From Myxococcota bacterium (GTDB lineage: Bacteria > Myxococcota_A > UBA796 > CAJQPC01): DNA of 18,703 nucleotides. A model generated the notes under the pieces. It was not told the origin of the DNA, did no database searches, and saw nothing but the letters and a program-made list of their open reading frames with translations. The translations under genes were made by a program, and so were the position numbers. The stretch lies in contig DASCPX010000044.1 of NCBI GenBank assembly GCA_036012755.1, positions 1-18,703 on the forward strand. Direction: 5' to 3'. Shown here piece by piece: positions 7,979 through 18,018 of the stretch. Position 1 is the first letter of the stretch. Each line of letters begins with the position of its first letter.

Positions 7979-8157
7979 ACCTGCTCTACGTCGGCAGTGA
8001 CCGCGGTAACGGACACCGGCGCGGCCATGCCGGGGCAGACCGCGTCCTGGCCGACCAGCTCGGCGCGGAGTTCGACGACCTCGAGGTTCTTGAAGGGGAC
8101 CAGGCCCAGGTTGGCCTGGAGTCCCTGCAGGGTTGCGCATCCGGTGAGAAGCAGCAT
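7979..8157 (-). pseudogene. 3'-truncated lipoprotein gene (open frame 8157..7849 runs 130 nt antisense into fabL)
   Basis: Strong SD GAGGAGG, then MLLLTGCATLQGLQANLGLVPFKNLEVVELRAELVGQDAVCPGMAAPVSVTAVTAD... with typical codon usage for ~58 codons. It has no stop of its own before entering fabL. Confidence 0.6.
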
Positions 8158-8197
8158 CGATTCCTCCTCACCCCCCCCTTGGGACAGGTTGGTGAGA

Positions 8198-8941
8198 CTA
8201 CTCGTCGGCGGAAACTTCCATCTGCCATTCCCAGTCGCCGTAGCCGTCGACACCCTCGAAGTCCTCTCCCTTGTCGAGGTCCGTGAGCTGACCGAAGACC
8301 GGGACACGATGGGAGATCGTGCTCATGATGCCGAGGTAGCAGTCCGGCCCCTCGCAGTCGTCGTCTTCGGGGGTCGACCAGGGCTCGTCACCTGCGAGGT
8401 AGCTGCTCGCGGGCACCGTGGAGGTGTAGTAGCCGACATCAGCCGCGTCCCACTCGTCGGACACGGTCCAGGAGGCCTCGGTCCTCCAGGTCTCCTCGAG
8501 GTGACCGTCGAGGGTGTTGCCTTCCTGGCTGACGATGAGCTTCAGCGTTCGCGTGTCGCGCTGGTATTCGCTGTTGTGGTAGCCGGACTCGTGCTCGTTG
8601 TAGTCCTCGATCTCGACCAGATCGGTGACAGTGAAGACCCACTTGCCCTTGTCGTTCTTCTCGCCCTCCATGATCTGGCCGTTCACGAAGAGGTAGGCCT
8701 CGCCGGGGGCCTGGCCCGTGATCTGGGCGATGAAGGGGTCGTCGTCTACGACCGTGTCGGTCGTCCCCGTCCACTCGCTGTCTACGATCTCCTCCGAGGC
8801 GGGACAGTGTGCGTAGTGGAAGTTCTCTTCACAGGTGGCGTCGGTCTTCGTCTGGAGTCCGTCGGGGCTCGCGGTGAAGACCCAGATGCCCTCGACGGGG
8901 TTGGAGGTGTTGCAGGCGGTCAGGATGGTCAGAAGGGTCAT
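8198..8941 (-). CDS. Acidic, beta-rich hypothetical lipoprotein, 247 aa
   Basis: ATG 8941 after GGAGA; MTLLTILTAC lipobox; GC3-rich codons; two Cys pairs (CEENFHYAHC, CEGPDC). Confidence 0.8.
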   Translation of the reverse strand: MTLLTILTACNTSNPVEGIWVFTASPDGLQTKTDATCEENFHYAHCPASEEIVDSEWTGTTDTVVDDDPFIAQITGQAPGEAYLFVNGQIMEGEKNDKGKWVFTVTDLVEIEDYNEHESGYHNSEYQRDTRTLKLIVSQEGNTLDGHLEETWRTEASWTVSDEWDAADVGYYTSTVPASSYLAGDEPWSTPEDDDCEGPDCYLGIMSTISHRVPVFGQLTDLDKGEDFEGVDGYGDWEWQMEVSADE

Positions 8942-9096
8942 GGTGTCTCCATGGGTTCGGGTTGGGCCGATGGAACGCCACGTCGATCCTGGAGCTTTCA
9001 CCGCAGCCTGATATTCCTGGAACCAGGTCGCCCATCGAGTGTCACGCCGCCGCCGTTTCCAGCTGGACGAAGCCCCGGCCCTGGCTGATCGAGCGG

Positions 9097-9119
9097 CTGG
9101 GGGCGCGACCACCCCCCAG
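9097..9119. terminator. GC-rich hairpin just downstream of murJ (possible terminator or stabiliser)
   Basis: CTGGGGG-N9-CCCCCAG 7-bp stem, 14 nt after the murJ stop. There is no U-tract after the stem on the murJ strand, so it is not a canonical terminator. Confidence 0.3.
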
Positions 9120-9133
9120 AAAACCGCACGCCC

Positions 9134-10675
9134 TCAGCGCCCCAAGCGACTCCTCACCTTGCGACCCACCAACCCCACCACCTCGGCGACCTCTGGCACC
9201 CCGAAGAGCCGCGCGAGCACCAGGGTCGAGACCAGCGCCACCGAGCCCGTGATGGCCCCCTGCACCAAGGCCGGCATCGCCATCACGCCGTCCAGCGCCC
9301 GCCCTGCTACCACCGCCAGCGCCACCGCGGGGATCATGCGCAGCACCAGTGACCCGATACGCGGCGACTCCGCCCCTGCCATGCGCCGGCGAAGGAGCAC
9401 AGCCAGCACCGTCACGTAGGTGCCGACGGCCAGGGACGACGCCAGCGCCAGGCCCATCCCGCCGTGGATGGCCCCGAGCCACCGGTACAAGGGCCAGAAC
9501 AACAGCACCACCACGCTCCCGACCACTGTCGGCACCCAGGTGTTCTGGTTCGCGTAGAAGCCTCGGGCGATCAGCGTGGCCGCCGACCAGGCCCCGAGCG
9601 ACAGGCAGAACAAGGCCGTGTAGAGGCCGATCTCCTCGAGCTCCGCCCCCGTGAAGCGCGTCGTGCCCCAGATGACCTCTGCGACCTCTGCGCCAGCGAC
9701 GCTGAAGGCCGCCTGGGACGCGAAGGCCAGGACCAGCATCAAGCGGCAGGCCCGGACCAGGGTCTCGTAGGCCTCGACCCTCTTGCCCTCACCCATCAGC
9801 CGAGCCAGGGTCGGGTAGGCCGCCGTGCCAGTCGCCAGCCCGAAGACCCCCATCGGCACCTTCATCAGCGTCTTGGCGTACTGCAGCCGGCTGACCACGC
9901 CCTCCTCGACGAGGCTGCCGTAGCGCTTGAGCAGCCAGTCATCGACCACCATGATGCTGAAGCCGAGCATGATGGGCACCGACAGCCAGAGGTACCGGCG
10001 GAAGTCGGGATCCGAGAGCGACAGCCCGAGCCTCCAGCCCAGCCGGGTACGCAGGCAGCCGATCAGCGGGAGCCCGAAGGGCCCGACGGCGCTGCCGACC
10101 AGGACACCCCAGGCGAAGGCCTCGGCCCCCCAGGTCGGGCCGAAGACCAGCCCCATGCCGACGATGCAGCCCGTGTAGCCGATGTTCGCGAAGGCGGCCT
10201 CGACGTGTCGATCCTTTGCCTGCAGGACCGCCGACAGCAGCCCCCCCACCACGTGGAAGACCTGCGCCGGCAGGACGATGCGGGTGAGCCGCGTGAGCTC
10301 GACCAGCTGCTCTTCAGAGAAGCCCGGGGCGACCAGCGGCACCAACTGCGGCGCCGCCACCCACAGCCCTGCGGTCGCCAGCCCCAGGACCAGCACCACG
10401 AAGTTCGCGATGCGCGAGAACGCCCGCCATCCTCCGTCCTCGTCCCCCTCGCTCAGGTAGCGGCTGAAGATCGGGATGAAGACGATGGTCAGCGCCCCGC
10501 CCGCCAGCAGGTAGTTGAGGAAGTCCGGCAGAACGAAAGCCGACCAGTAGACGTCCGCCTCGCCCCCGCCCCCGAGCACCCGCCCGATCACCGCCTCGCG
10601 CACGACACCGATGACCCGGCTCAAAAGGACCGAGGTCCCCCAGATCAGCGCGGCGATTCCAATTCGGCGGCTCAC
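9134..10675 (-). CDS. murJ: Lipid II flippase MurJ (MviN), 513 aa
   Basis: LLSRVIGVVRE...ADVYWSAFVLPD, GGALTIVFIPIF, LQYA..LM.VPMGVFG.A..TA.YP.LAR, RGFYA.QNT..P, GLALASSL; many hydrophobic segments. Confidence 0.95.
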   Translation of the reverse strand: MSRRIGIAALIWGTSVLLSRVIGVVREAVIGRVLGGGGEADVYWSAFVLPDFLNYLLAGGALTIVFIPIFSRYLSEGDEDGGWRAFSRIANFVVLVLGLATAGLWVAAPQLVPLVAPGFSEEQLVELTRLTRIVLPAQVFHVVGGLLSAVLQAKDRHVEAAFANIGYTGCIVGMGLVFGPTWGAEAFAWGVLVGSAVGPFGLPLIGCLRTRLGWRLGLSLSDPDFRRYLWLSVPIMLGFSIMVVDDWLLKRYGSLVEEGVVSRLQYAKTLMKVPMGVFGLATGTAAYPTLARLMGEGKRVEAYETLVRACRLMLVLAFASQAAFSVAGAEVAEVIWGTTRFTGAELEEIGLYTALFCLSLGAWSAATLIARGFYANQNTWVPTVVGSVVVLLFWPLYRWLGAIHGGMGLALASSLAVGTYVTVLAVLLRRRMAGAESPRIGSLVLRMIPAVALAVVAGRALDGVMAMPALVQGAITGSVALVSTLVLARLFGVPEVAEVVGLVGRKVRSRLGR

Positions 10676-10743
10676 GGCTTGTCGCTCCTATGGCGCGTGC
10701 CAAGCTGGGTGCAATCAAGACCCGCACCTCGGGTGCAAGCTGC

Positions 10744-11946
10744 ATGCCTGAAATACCAGACCCCGCCTGGCTCTTCGCGCTCTTGACCTTCGCCGGTCTC
10801 GCGCTCGCCGTCGGCCGCGCCTTCTACACCCGCGGCCTGCCATTCGGCCTCTTCGCCACCTTCACCCTCGGGGTCCACGCCTGCAGCAGCGTCATCGTCT
10901 TCTCCGCCCTCGGCTGGCTGAGGCCCCTCGCCGTCGCTCTACAGATCGTGACGATCGTCCACTTTCTGTTGCTGTCGAAGCCACGGATGCGCTCCGTGCC
11001 CTACCGGGGGCTGGTGAGCGTTCCCGCGAACGCCTTCGTCGCCGCCAGCTTCCTGGGCATCCCATGGGCCCTCGCGCTGGTCTTCGGCTTCGACCCCTGG
11101 TTCGCCTGGTTGCCCCTGCTCGTCGCCCTGCTCTCTGCGGCGAAGTCGCTCTCGGCCCGCGTCGAGGACATCGACCTGGTCCTCGACGGCCGCCCGGTCT
11201 CCGACCTCGCCCGCATCGCCGTCGGTGTGCAGCGTCTGCCCTCGAGCCTCGCCATCGTCCAGATCAGCGACCCCCACCTCGGCCCCTTCATGTCGGCCGA
11301 GCGCCTCCACGCCATCTGCGAGCGGGCGGTCGAGCGCCGCCCGGATCTCGTGCTGTTGACCGGGGACTACCTGACGATGGAGTCCAACTCGACACCCGGA
11401 ACCCTCGCCCGCGCCCTGGAGCCCCTCGGCGCGCTCGAGGGCACCGTGTTCGCCTCCATGGGCAACCACGACCACGAGGCCCCGGACGAGGTCCGCGCTG
11501 GTCTCGAGGCCAACGGGATCCGCCTCTTGAGGGACGAGTCCGTCATCGTCGACACAGAGGCAGGCTGGGTGCAGATCGTCGGCGTCGATCACGTCTGGCG
11601 GGGCCGCGAGCAACACCTGAGAGAGGTCTGCGCAGCCAACCCCCGGGTGCCCGGCGCCCTCCGCATCCTGCTCCTGCACGACCCCTCGGCCTTCCCCCTG
11701 TTGCCAGAGGGTGAAGGCGACCTCGTGCTCTCCGGCCACACTCACGGCGGCCAGCTGGGGCTGTTGGACCTTGGCCTCGACTGGACGATCCTGAGCGGCC
11801 TCCGAGCCGTGCCGGACCACGGTTTCTGGGGCCTCGGCACCAACCGCCTCTACGTCCACCGCGGAAACGGCCACTACGGCTTCCCCCTGCGGGTCGGCGT
11901 TCCCGCGGAGGAGTCAGTCCTGCGCATCCACAAGCTGCCCACCTGA
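10744..11946 (+). CDS. Membrane-anchored calcineurin-like metallophosphoesterase (YkuE/YaeI-type), ~400 aa
   Basis: N-terminal TM helices, then QISDPHLG, LTGDY, GNHD, LLLHDP and LSGHTHGGQ. Start 10744 is preferred over 10690 but is uncertain. Confidence 0.9.
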   Translation: MPEIPDPAWLFALLTFAGLALAVGRAFYTRGLPFGLFATFTLGVHACSSVIVFSALGWLRPLAVALQIVTIVHFLLLSKPRMRSVPYRGLVSVPANAFVAASFLGIPWALALVFGFDPWFAWLPLLVALLSAAKSLSARVEDIDLVLDGRPVSDLARIAVGVQRLPSSLAIVQISDPHLGPFMSAERLHAICERAVERRPDLVLLTGDYLTMESNSTPGTLARALEPLGALEGTVFASMGNHDHEAPDEVRAGLEANGIRLLRDESVIVDTEAGWVQIVGVDHVWRGREQHLREVCAANPRVPGALRILLLHDPSAFPLLPEGEGDLVLSGHTHGGQLGLLDLGLDWTILSGLRAVPDHGFWGLGTNRLYVHRGNGHYGFPLRVGVPAEESVLRIHKLPT

Positions 11947-11976
11947 GGCCGCGAGCGAGGCGCCATGGGCGCCAGT

Positions 11977-11982
11977 TACCTT
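11977..11982 (+). promoter_or_regulatory. Putative -10 element (TACCTT) of a leaderless transcript starting at 11989
   Basis: TAnnnT 6 nt before the ATG; no SD. Confidence 0.45.
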
Positions 11983-11988
11983 GGCGCC

Positions 11989-12438
11989 ATGCTGACGCTT
12001 CTGCTGACCTTCGCCTGCAACAAGTCTCGCCCCTCCACCACCGACGACAGCGCCGTCGACACCGCCGGCGAGATCGACGACGAGGACGGCGACGGCTAGG
12101 CCGACGGCGACGACTGCGACGACACGGACGAGGGCGTCAACCCCGACGCGACAGAGGTCTGCAACGGCCTCGACGACGACTGCGACGGGGACACTGACGA
12201 GGGCGTCATGACCTGGTTCTACGTCGACGACGACAACTCCGAGGTCTACCCAGACGCCAGCGAGGTCTGCGACGGCGTCGACAACGACTGTGACTCACTG
12301 ACCGACGCGGACGACGACAGCGTCGATCTGTCCACCGCCACCACCTGGTATGCAGACGCCGACAGCGACGGCGCCTACGACGTGACCCTTGCCGACCTCA
12401 CCATCTCGCCGTCGGCCAGCTGGAAGTCCGGGCTGTAG
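11989..12438 (+). pseudogene. Degraded lipoprotein with MopE-related putative metal-binding repeats
   Basis: MLTLLLTFAC..., DEDGDG*ADGDDCDDTDEGVNPDATEVCNGLDDDCDG, then VYPDASEVCDGVDNDCD and TWYADADSDG. In-frame TAG at 12097-12099; the second repeat lacks its DGDG...DC half; the 3' end overlaps the convergent gene. Confidence 0.85.
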
Positions 12439-13823
12439 GCCTCGTAGGTCCAGCCGCTGTCCTCGGTGGCGCGGTAGAGCCGCGTGGCGGGGAAGAAGAA
12501 GGCCGTGGGCTCCAGGGGATCGGCAAGCACCGGCGGAATCCAGGGCACATAGGACTCATCCGCCGGGAAGCTCACGCCCTCGGTCCAGGGGTTGTCCTCG
12601 TCGTGTTGGATGAGCACGAAGCCCGGGTAGGTCGTGTAGACGAGATCGTGGCTGTTGTCGCCCGAGGTGATGTGGCCGTAGTCGCCTGAGACCAGCTGGT
12701 AGAACTCCAAGGGCTCGTCGGCGTCCTGGGTGGCATAGGCCGTCACCTGCCAGCCCTGGTCCTGGGCTCCGGCGAGGACCCGGTCCGGGTTGTTCCAGCT
12801 CGTGTGCACGTCGTAGTACTGGCTGGCCCGCAGCCCATCCAGAGAGAGGTTGTGGACCGTCGCGAGCGAGTCCGTCGAGGTGTAGAGGCCACCGTCGGTG
12901 TCGACGTACCAGACCTCGCCGTCACCCTCTGGCCGCACGTCGATGCCCATGATGTCTGCGTGGAGGTAGATGTCCTCGTCGCCGCCGTAGGCCGTGTAGT
13001 AGGCCCACCAGTTGTTCTTCTTCGAGGCGCTCTGCCCGCCGTCGCGGCTCACGTGGAGCTCGATACCGCCGTAGGCGACCAGCTCGGCGTCGACGACGCC
13101 GGCGTTGAGGCTGCCCCAGTAGTCGTGGTCCACGAGCTTCCGCTGGACGAAGGTCGAGCCGGCGTCCGCCGAGCGGTACATCCGGCTGGCGTCGAGCACG
13201 ACGTAGAGCGTCTGGGAGCCGTCGCTGGTCATCAGCAGGCGGTGGATCCAGCTCATGGCCTCGGGCTGGCCGCTGGGGGCCACCCACGTGACACCCTCGT
13301 CGTCGCTGTGGTGGATGAGCCCGCCGTCGGTGGCGGCCACGACCCGCCGGCCGGAGTCGGTCTCCAGGACCTCGAGCCAGTGCGCGCCGCCGTAGAGGTT
13401 GTCGCCGATCGGCTCCCAGCTGGTGCCGTCGGGATCGCTCTTCCAGACGCCTCCCCGGCTCGAGCCCGCGTAGAGCTTCGTGCCGTCTGCCGTGACCCGA
13501 GCGACGTGCATGCGCCCTGCCTGGTTGTCGCTGCCCCGCTCGACCCAGCTGCCCTCGGTGCTCGGTGGGGCCTCCGCGAGCCCGTTGCGCCGGGCGATCT
13601 GATCGAGCCCGTTGTGCTCCTCGACAGCGTCCACGTCCACCCCGGGGGGCGCCCGACGCATCTCGGCGAACCAGGCCTTTCGCCGGGCCTTCTGGTCCCC
13701 CTTCGACGCAATGAACTCCTCGAGTCCACCGAAAGGACCAGGTGTAGGCGCCGGAATCCGGCGCTCGGCCGAGACGACCGCGAGGGCGCAGAGGGCCACG
13801 GCAGAGAGCAGGACACGGCGCAT
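12375..13823 (-). CDS. Exported Asp-box (BNR / VPS10-sortilin-like) beta-propeller protein, 482 aa, probably 3'-truncated
   Basis: Conventional signal peptide MRRVLLSAVALCALAVVSA; WVERGSDNQAGR; Asp-boxes WKSDPDGTSW, HHSDDEGVTW, YRSADAGSTF, HVSRDGGQS; LHADIMG, DTDGGLY, GAQDQG. It ends abruptly inside the opposite-strand pseudogene. Confidence 0.8.
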   Translation of the reverse strand: MRRVLLSAVALCALAVVSAERRIPAPTPGPFGGLEEFIASKGDQKARRKAWFAEMRRAPPGVDVDAVEEHNGLDQIARRNGLAEAPPSTEGSWVERGSDNQAGRMHVARVTADGTKLYAGSSRGGVWKSDPDGTSWEPIGDNLYGGAHWLEVLETDSGRRVVAATDGGLIHHSDDEGVTWVAPSGQPEAMSWIHRLLMTSDGSQTLYVVLDASRMYRSADAGSTFVQRKLVDHDYWGSLNAGVVDAELVAYGGIELHVSRDGGQSASKKNNWWAYYTAYGGDEDIYLHADIMGIDVRPEGDGEVWYVDTDGGLYTSTDSLATVHNLSLDGLRASQYYDVHTSWNNPDRVLAGAQDQGWQVTAYATQDADEPLEFYQLVSGDYGHITSGDNSHDLVYTTYPGFVLIQHDEDNPWTEGVSFPADESYVPWIPPVLADPLEPTAFFFPATRLYRATEDSGWTYEAYSPDFQLADGEMVRSARVTS

Positions 13824-13831
13824 GGGCGCGC

Positions 13832-13837
13832 AGTGTA
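13832..13837 (-). promoter_or_regulatory. Putative -10 element (TACACT) for 12375..13823
   Basis: TAnnnT 8 nt before the ATG; no SD between it and the start codon. Confidence 0.45.
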
Positions 13838-13876
13838 GCGGGCTCCGGGATAGGATTCAGACACTGCAGGAGACGG

Positions 13877-14959
13877 ATGGAGCGCGACCCACGCAAAGAC
13901 CTGAAGGTCGGTCTCTTCGTGTTCGGCGCCGTGCTTCTCGGTGGACTCGCCGTCTTCATGCTCGGCGGCAGCTCAGAGCTCTTCGAGGACCGCTACACGC
14001 TGAACACCAAGTTCAACGACGTGGCCGGCCTGCGCGAGGGCGCCGTGGTCAGGCTCGGCGGCTTCGACGTGGGCGAGGTGAAGTCGATCTCGTTCTCGGA
14101 AGACATCGGCGTGAAGGAGATCTTTGTCGAGCTCTCCGTCTTCGAGTCCTACCAGGCCCGCATCCGCGCCGACTCGGTCGCCCGCATCGAGACGGAGGGC
14201 ATGCTCGGGGACAAGTACATCTCCATCTCGGTCGGCTCGGTCGAGGAGGAGATCCTTTTGGCCGAGGGCTGGCTCTCCGTCACGGAGAACGTCCCGCTGG
14301 TCGAGTACCAGAAGATCGCCAACGAGGTCCTCGCAGATCTCCAGGACATCTCCCACAAGATCAACCTCGCCCTCGGCGACGACGACGAGGCCACGAAGGC
14401 ATCCGTGGCCAACGTCGTGGCCAGCGTAGAGAACATCCTCAACGAGGCCGAGTCCGGCAACGGGCTCATCCACGCGCTGGTCTACGACGACTCCCTCACG
14501 CGGAAGCTCAACCGCACGGCCACCAACCTCGAGCACGGCACCTCGGACCTCGCCGAGATCACAGAGGAGGTCCGGACCGGAGAGGGCCTCGCCAACGAGC
14601 TCATCTACGGCGACGAGGGCGAGAAGCTCGCCATCCAGCTGGGCGACCTCGCGGCTGCGCTGGAGAAGATCGTCGGGGACATCGAGAACGAGGACTCGGT
14701 GATCCACGCTCTCATCTACGACCCGGACAAGGCCCAGCTGGTCGAGGATCTCAAGATCACCGCCGCCAACCTCCGCGACATCAGCGAGGGCATCGAGGAG
14801 GGCGACGGCACCCTCGGCATGCTCGCGCAGGACCCGGCGCTCTACGAGGACCTCCGGGCGCTCGTCAACGGCGCGGAGCGGAACAAGCTCCTTCGCTACT
14901 ACGTGCGCAAGACCGTCGAGGAAGGCGAGAAGGACATGGCCGAGCCGTGGGAGCCCTGA
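13877..14959 (+). CDS. mlaD: MCE/MlaD-family protein with long helical C-terminal region, 360 aa
   Basis: SD AGGAG; N-terminal TM (KVGLFVFGAVLL); MCE motifs FNDVAGLREGAVVRLGGFDVGEV and IETEGMLGDKYISI; repeated G.G.I.AL.YD units and GDGTLGMLAQDPALYEDL. Confidence 0.9.
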   Translation: MERDPRKDLKVGLFVFGAVLLGGLAVFMLGGSSELFEDRYTLNTKFNDVAGLREGAVVRLGGFDVGEVKSISFSEDIGVKEIFVELSVFESYQARIRADSVARIETEGMLGDKYISISVGSVEEEILLAEGWLSVTENVPLVEYQKIANEVLADLQDISHKINLALGDDDEATKASVANVVASVENILNEAESGNGLIHALVYDDSLTRKLNRTATNLEHGTSDLAEITEEVRTGEGLANELIYGDEGEKLAIQLGDLAAALEKIVGDIENEDSVIHALIYDPDKAQLVEDLKITAANLRDISEGIEEGDGTLGMLAQDPALYEDLRALVNGAERNKLLRYYVRKTVEEGEKDMAEPWEP

Positions 14960-16656
14960 GGGTCACACCGCAGGCCCTGCTGCGACCCAGGATCACCGGA
15001 CTCCTGAACCGCTGGCGCAAAGCGGACAACCGCCAGAAGTTCGCCTACACGCTCTTCGGCATCGGCGGTGTCGTCTTCTGGCTCGGGCTCTTCTTCGGTC
15101 TGGGCTACGTCGCGGAGCTCTTCTACCAGGTCGAGGTCTTCGGCCCGCTGATCACGCGCAAGCTGCTCGAGCTCTTGTTGCTCGCGCTGTTCTCGATGCT
15201 GATGTTCTCGAACGTCGTGACGGCTCTGTCGAGCTTCTACCTCTCAGAGGATCTCGAGCTGCTGTTGAGCCTGCCCGTGTCCCGCGAGACCTTCTTCTAC
15301 ACCCGCCTGGTGGACACGCTCGGTCAGTCCAGCTGGATGATGGGCATGTTCGGGGTGCCGGTCTTCCTGGCCTTTGGCCTCGCGGCGAACGCTGGCTGGC
15401 CCTACTACGCGTCGCTCCTGGTCGTGATCCCGTCCTTCCTGCTGATCCCGGCGGCGGCAGGCGCCGTCGTGTCTTCCTTGCTGGTCAACGGCTTCTCCGC
15501 CAGGAGGACCAAAGAGGTCCTGGCGGTCCTCGGCATCCTCTTCATCGTGTCGATCTTCATCCTGCTGCGCGTCATGCAGCCGGAGCGCCTGCTCAACGCC
15601 CAGGACTTCGAGAGCCTCGCCGCCTACGTGGCGACCCTGCAGAACCCGATGCCGCTGTTGGTCCCCCCGCGCTGGGCCGGGGACGTGCTCGGGGCCACGC
15701 TCCAGGGCCGGCCCTTTCCCTGGGACCAGCTGGTGCTCCTGCTCAGCGGGGCCATCGGCTTCACCGGGCTCTCCCGCTGGATCACCATGCGGCTGTGGGC
15801 GGACGGTTGGACACGCGCCCAGGAGGCGACGCGGGCTCGGTTGGCGAAGGCCGGGGGCTTCGACCGGGCGCTCAAGGTCCTCACCCGGAGGCTGCCAGGA
15901 CAGCAGGCGACGCTGCTCATCAAGGACGCAAAGGTCTTCGTGCGGGACCCGGCCCAGTGGAGCCAGGTCTTCCTGCTCGTGTCGCTGGTGGTCATCTACC
16001 TGTTCTCGGTCCAGGCCCTGCCGCTGGACTTCATCAGGGGGGCCTACGCCCAGGCCTTCAAGAACGCCCTGGCCTTCCTCAACCTCGGCATGGCCGGCTT
16101 CGTCATGGCCGCCATCGCCGTGCGCTTCCAGTTCGCCTCGATCTCGGGCGAGGGCCGCGCCTTCTGGATCATCCGCACCGCCCCCATCGAGCCGGTCAGG
16201 TACATCTGGACGAAGGCCTTCCCTGGCTGGCTTCCGATGTTGCTGGTCGGAGAGATCCTGGTCGTCGCCAGCAACGTGATCCTGGAGTCGCCTGTGGAGC
16301 TCACGTGCGTCGGCGCAGCCAGCGTGCTGCTGTTGTCCCTCGGCATCTCGGGCATCGCGGTGGGGGTCGGCGCGACCTACCCGGACTTCAAGGCGGACAA
16401 CGTGGCCCGCGCGGCGGCGGGGCCTGGCGCCATCCTCTTCATGATCACGGCGCTGGTGTTCGTCGCCCTGGTGGTCGCGCTGGAGGCCATGCCGGTCTGG
16501 TACCTGTTGAAGGCGGACCTGGAGGGGGCCTCGCTGACCAACCGCGAGCTGGCGATCTCGGCCCTGCTGTATTCGGCGAGCATCGGGGCTTGCGCGCTGG
16601 CGGCCTGGCTGCCGGTCAAGCGTGCCGCCGCCGGTCTCTGGGCCCGCGACCTTTGA
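14947..16656 (+). CDS. Putative ABC-2-type exporter permease (~12 TM), ~569 aa
   Basis: GTG 14947 overlaps the mlaD end. Motifs FSNVVTALSSFYLSEDLELLLSLPV, LLIKDAKVFVRDPAQWSQ, FASISGEGRAFWIIRTAPI and GVGATYPDF. The upstream part of track ORF 13612..16656 is a shadow of mlaD. Confidence 0.85.
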   Translation: MGALRVTPQALLRPRITGLLNRWRKADNRQKFAYTLFGIGGVVFWLGLFFGLGYVAELFYQVEVFGPLITRKLLELLLLALFSMLMFSNVVTALSSFYLSEDLELLLSLPVSRETFFYTRLVDTLGQSSWMMGMFGVPVFLAFGLAANAGWPYYASLLVVIPSFLLIPAAAGAVVSSLLVNGFSARRTKEVLAVLGILFIVSIFILLRVMQPERLLNAQDFESLAAYVATLQNPMPLLVPPRWAGDVLGATLQGRPFPWDQLVLLLSGAIGFTGLSRWITMRLWADGWTRAQEATRARLAKAGGFDRALKVLTRRLPGQQATLLIKDAKVFVRDPAQWSQVFLLVSLVVIYLFSVQALPLDFIRGAYAQAFKNALAFLNLGMAGFVMAAIAVRFQFASISGEGRAFWIIRTAPIEPVRYIWTKAFPGWLPMLLVGEILVVASNVILESPVELTCVGAASVLLLSLGISGIAVGVGATYPDFKADNVARAAAGPGAILFMITALVFVALVVALEAMPVWYLLKADLEGASLTNRELAISALLYSASIGACALAAWLPVKRAAAGLWARDL

Positions 16657-16973
16657 TCTGGCTTCTGGCCTGCTTTCAGAAGACGCCGCCAGCGCCGGTG
16701 GTCGAAGAAGTGGAGCAGGCTGTTCGTTACAACCACGTGGCCCGAGCCCACTACATCCGCGCCAACATGCACCGCGAGCGGGGAGAGCTCTCGCTCGCGG
16801 CGGCCGAGTACAAGCGCGCCATCCTCTTCGATCCAAAGGCCGCCGTGCTCTACCTCGAGCTCGCAGAGGTGCGCGCAGCCCTGGGCGAAGACGAGCTGGC
16901 GCTCGAGTATCTCCGCGAGGCCGCCCTGCTCGGCTCGGAGGAGGCACGGGCGCTCCTCGTCGAAGGCGATTAG
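16653..16973 (+). CDS. Small TPR lipoprotein, 106 aa
   Basis: TTG start overlaps the permease TGA (TTGA); MIWLLAC lipobox; TPR AAAEYKRAILFDPKAAVLYLELAEVRAALGEDELALEYLREA. Confidence 0.8.
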   Translation: MIWLLACFQKTPPAPVVEEVEQAVRYNHVARAHYIRANMHRERGELSLAAAEYKRAILFDPKAAVLYLELAEVRAALGEDELALEYLREAALLGSEEARALLVEGD

Positions 16974-16982
16974 CGGGGGCGC

Positions 16983-17948
<966 letters not shown>

Positions 17949-18018
17949 CGGGCGGGCGTCGGCTCTGTGCTGGCTGTCAGACCCGGTAGTGGGGACAAGG
18001 GCGGGGCGACGGCCGAAC

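Noticed and set aside
8171..8178. C8/G8 homopolymer upstream of the 8157 SD as a phase-variation tract
   Set aside because: Short for a high-GC genome, non-coding, and upstream of an apparent pseudogene.
8942..9133. Riboswitch or ncRNA in the gap between murJ and the lipoprotein gene
   Set aside because: Only short palindromes (e.g. CCTGG-AA-CCAGG); no recognisable riboswitch consensus.
10691..10741. Sigma-54 promoter or operator in the murJ/phosphoesterase divergent gap (TGGCACG on minus strand; GGGTGCAA at 10707 and 10731)
   Set aside because: The -12 TTGC element is missing at the required spacing, and an 8-bp direct repeat alone is weak evidence.
12097..12099. In-frame TAG (and TGA at 18247-18249) as evidence of stop-codon recoding, pyrrolysine or selenocysteine
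   Set aside because: Intact genes here end in both TAG (7249, 7978) and TGA (3812, 14959, 16656). Both codons sit where an aromatic residue fits (TGG is one substitution away), and both genes carry other lesions.
12040..12380. GAC-rich repeats as a CRISPR or DNA repeat array
   Set aside because: They are Asp codons of protein-level MopE-type repeats, with no constant repeat-spacer periodicity. No CRISPR, tRNA or rRNA was seen in the window.
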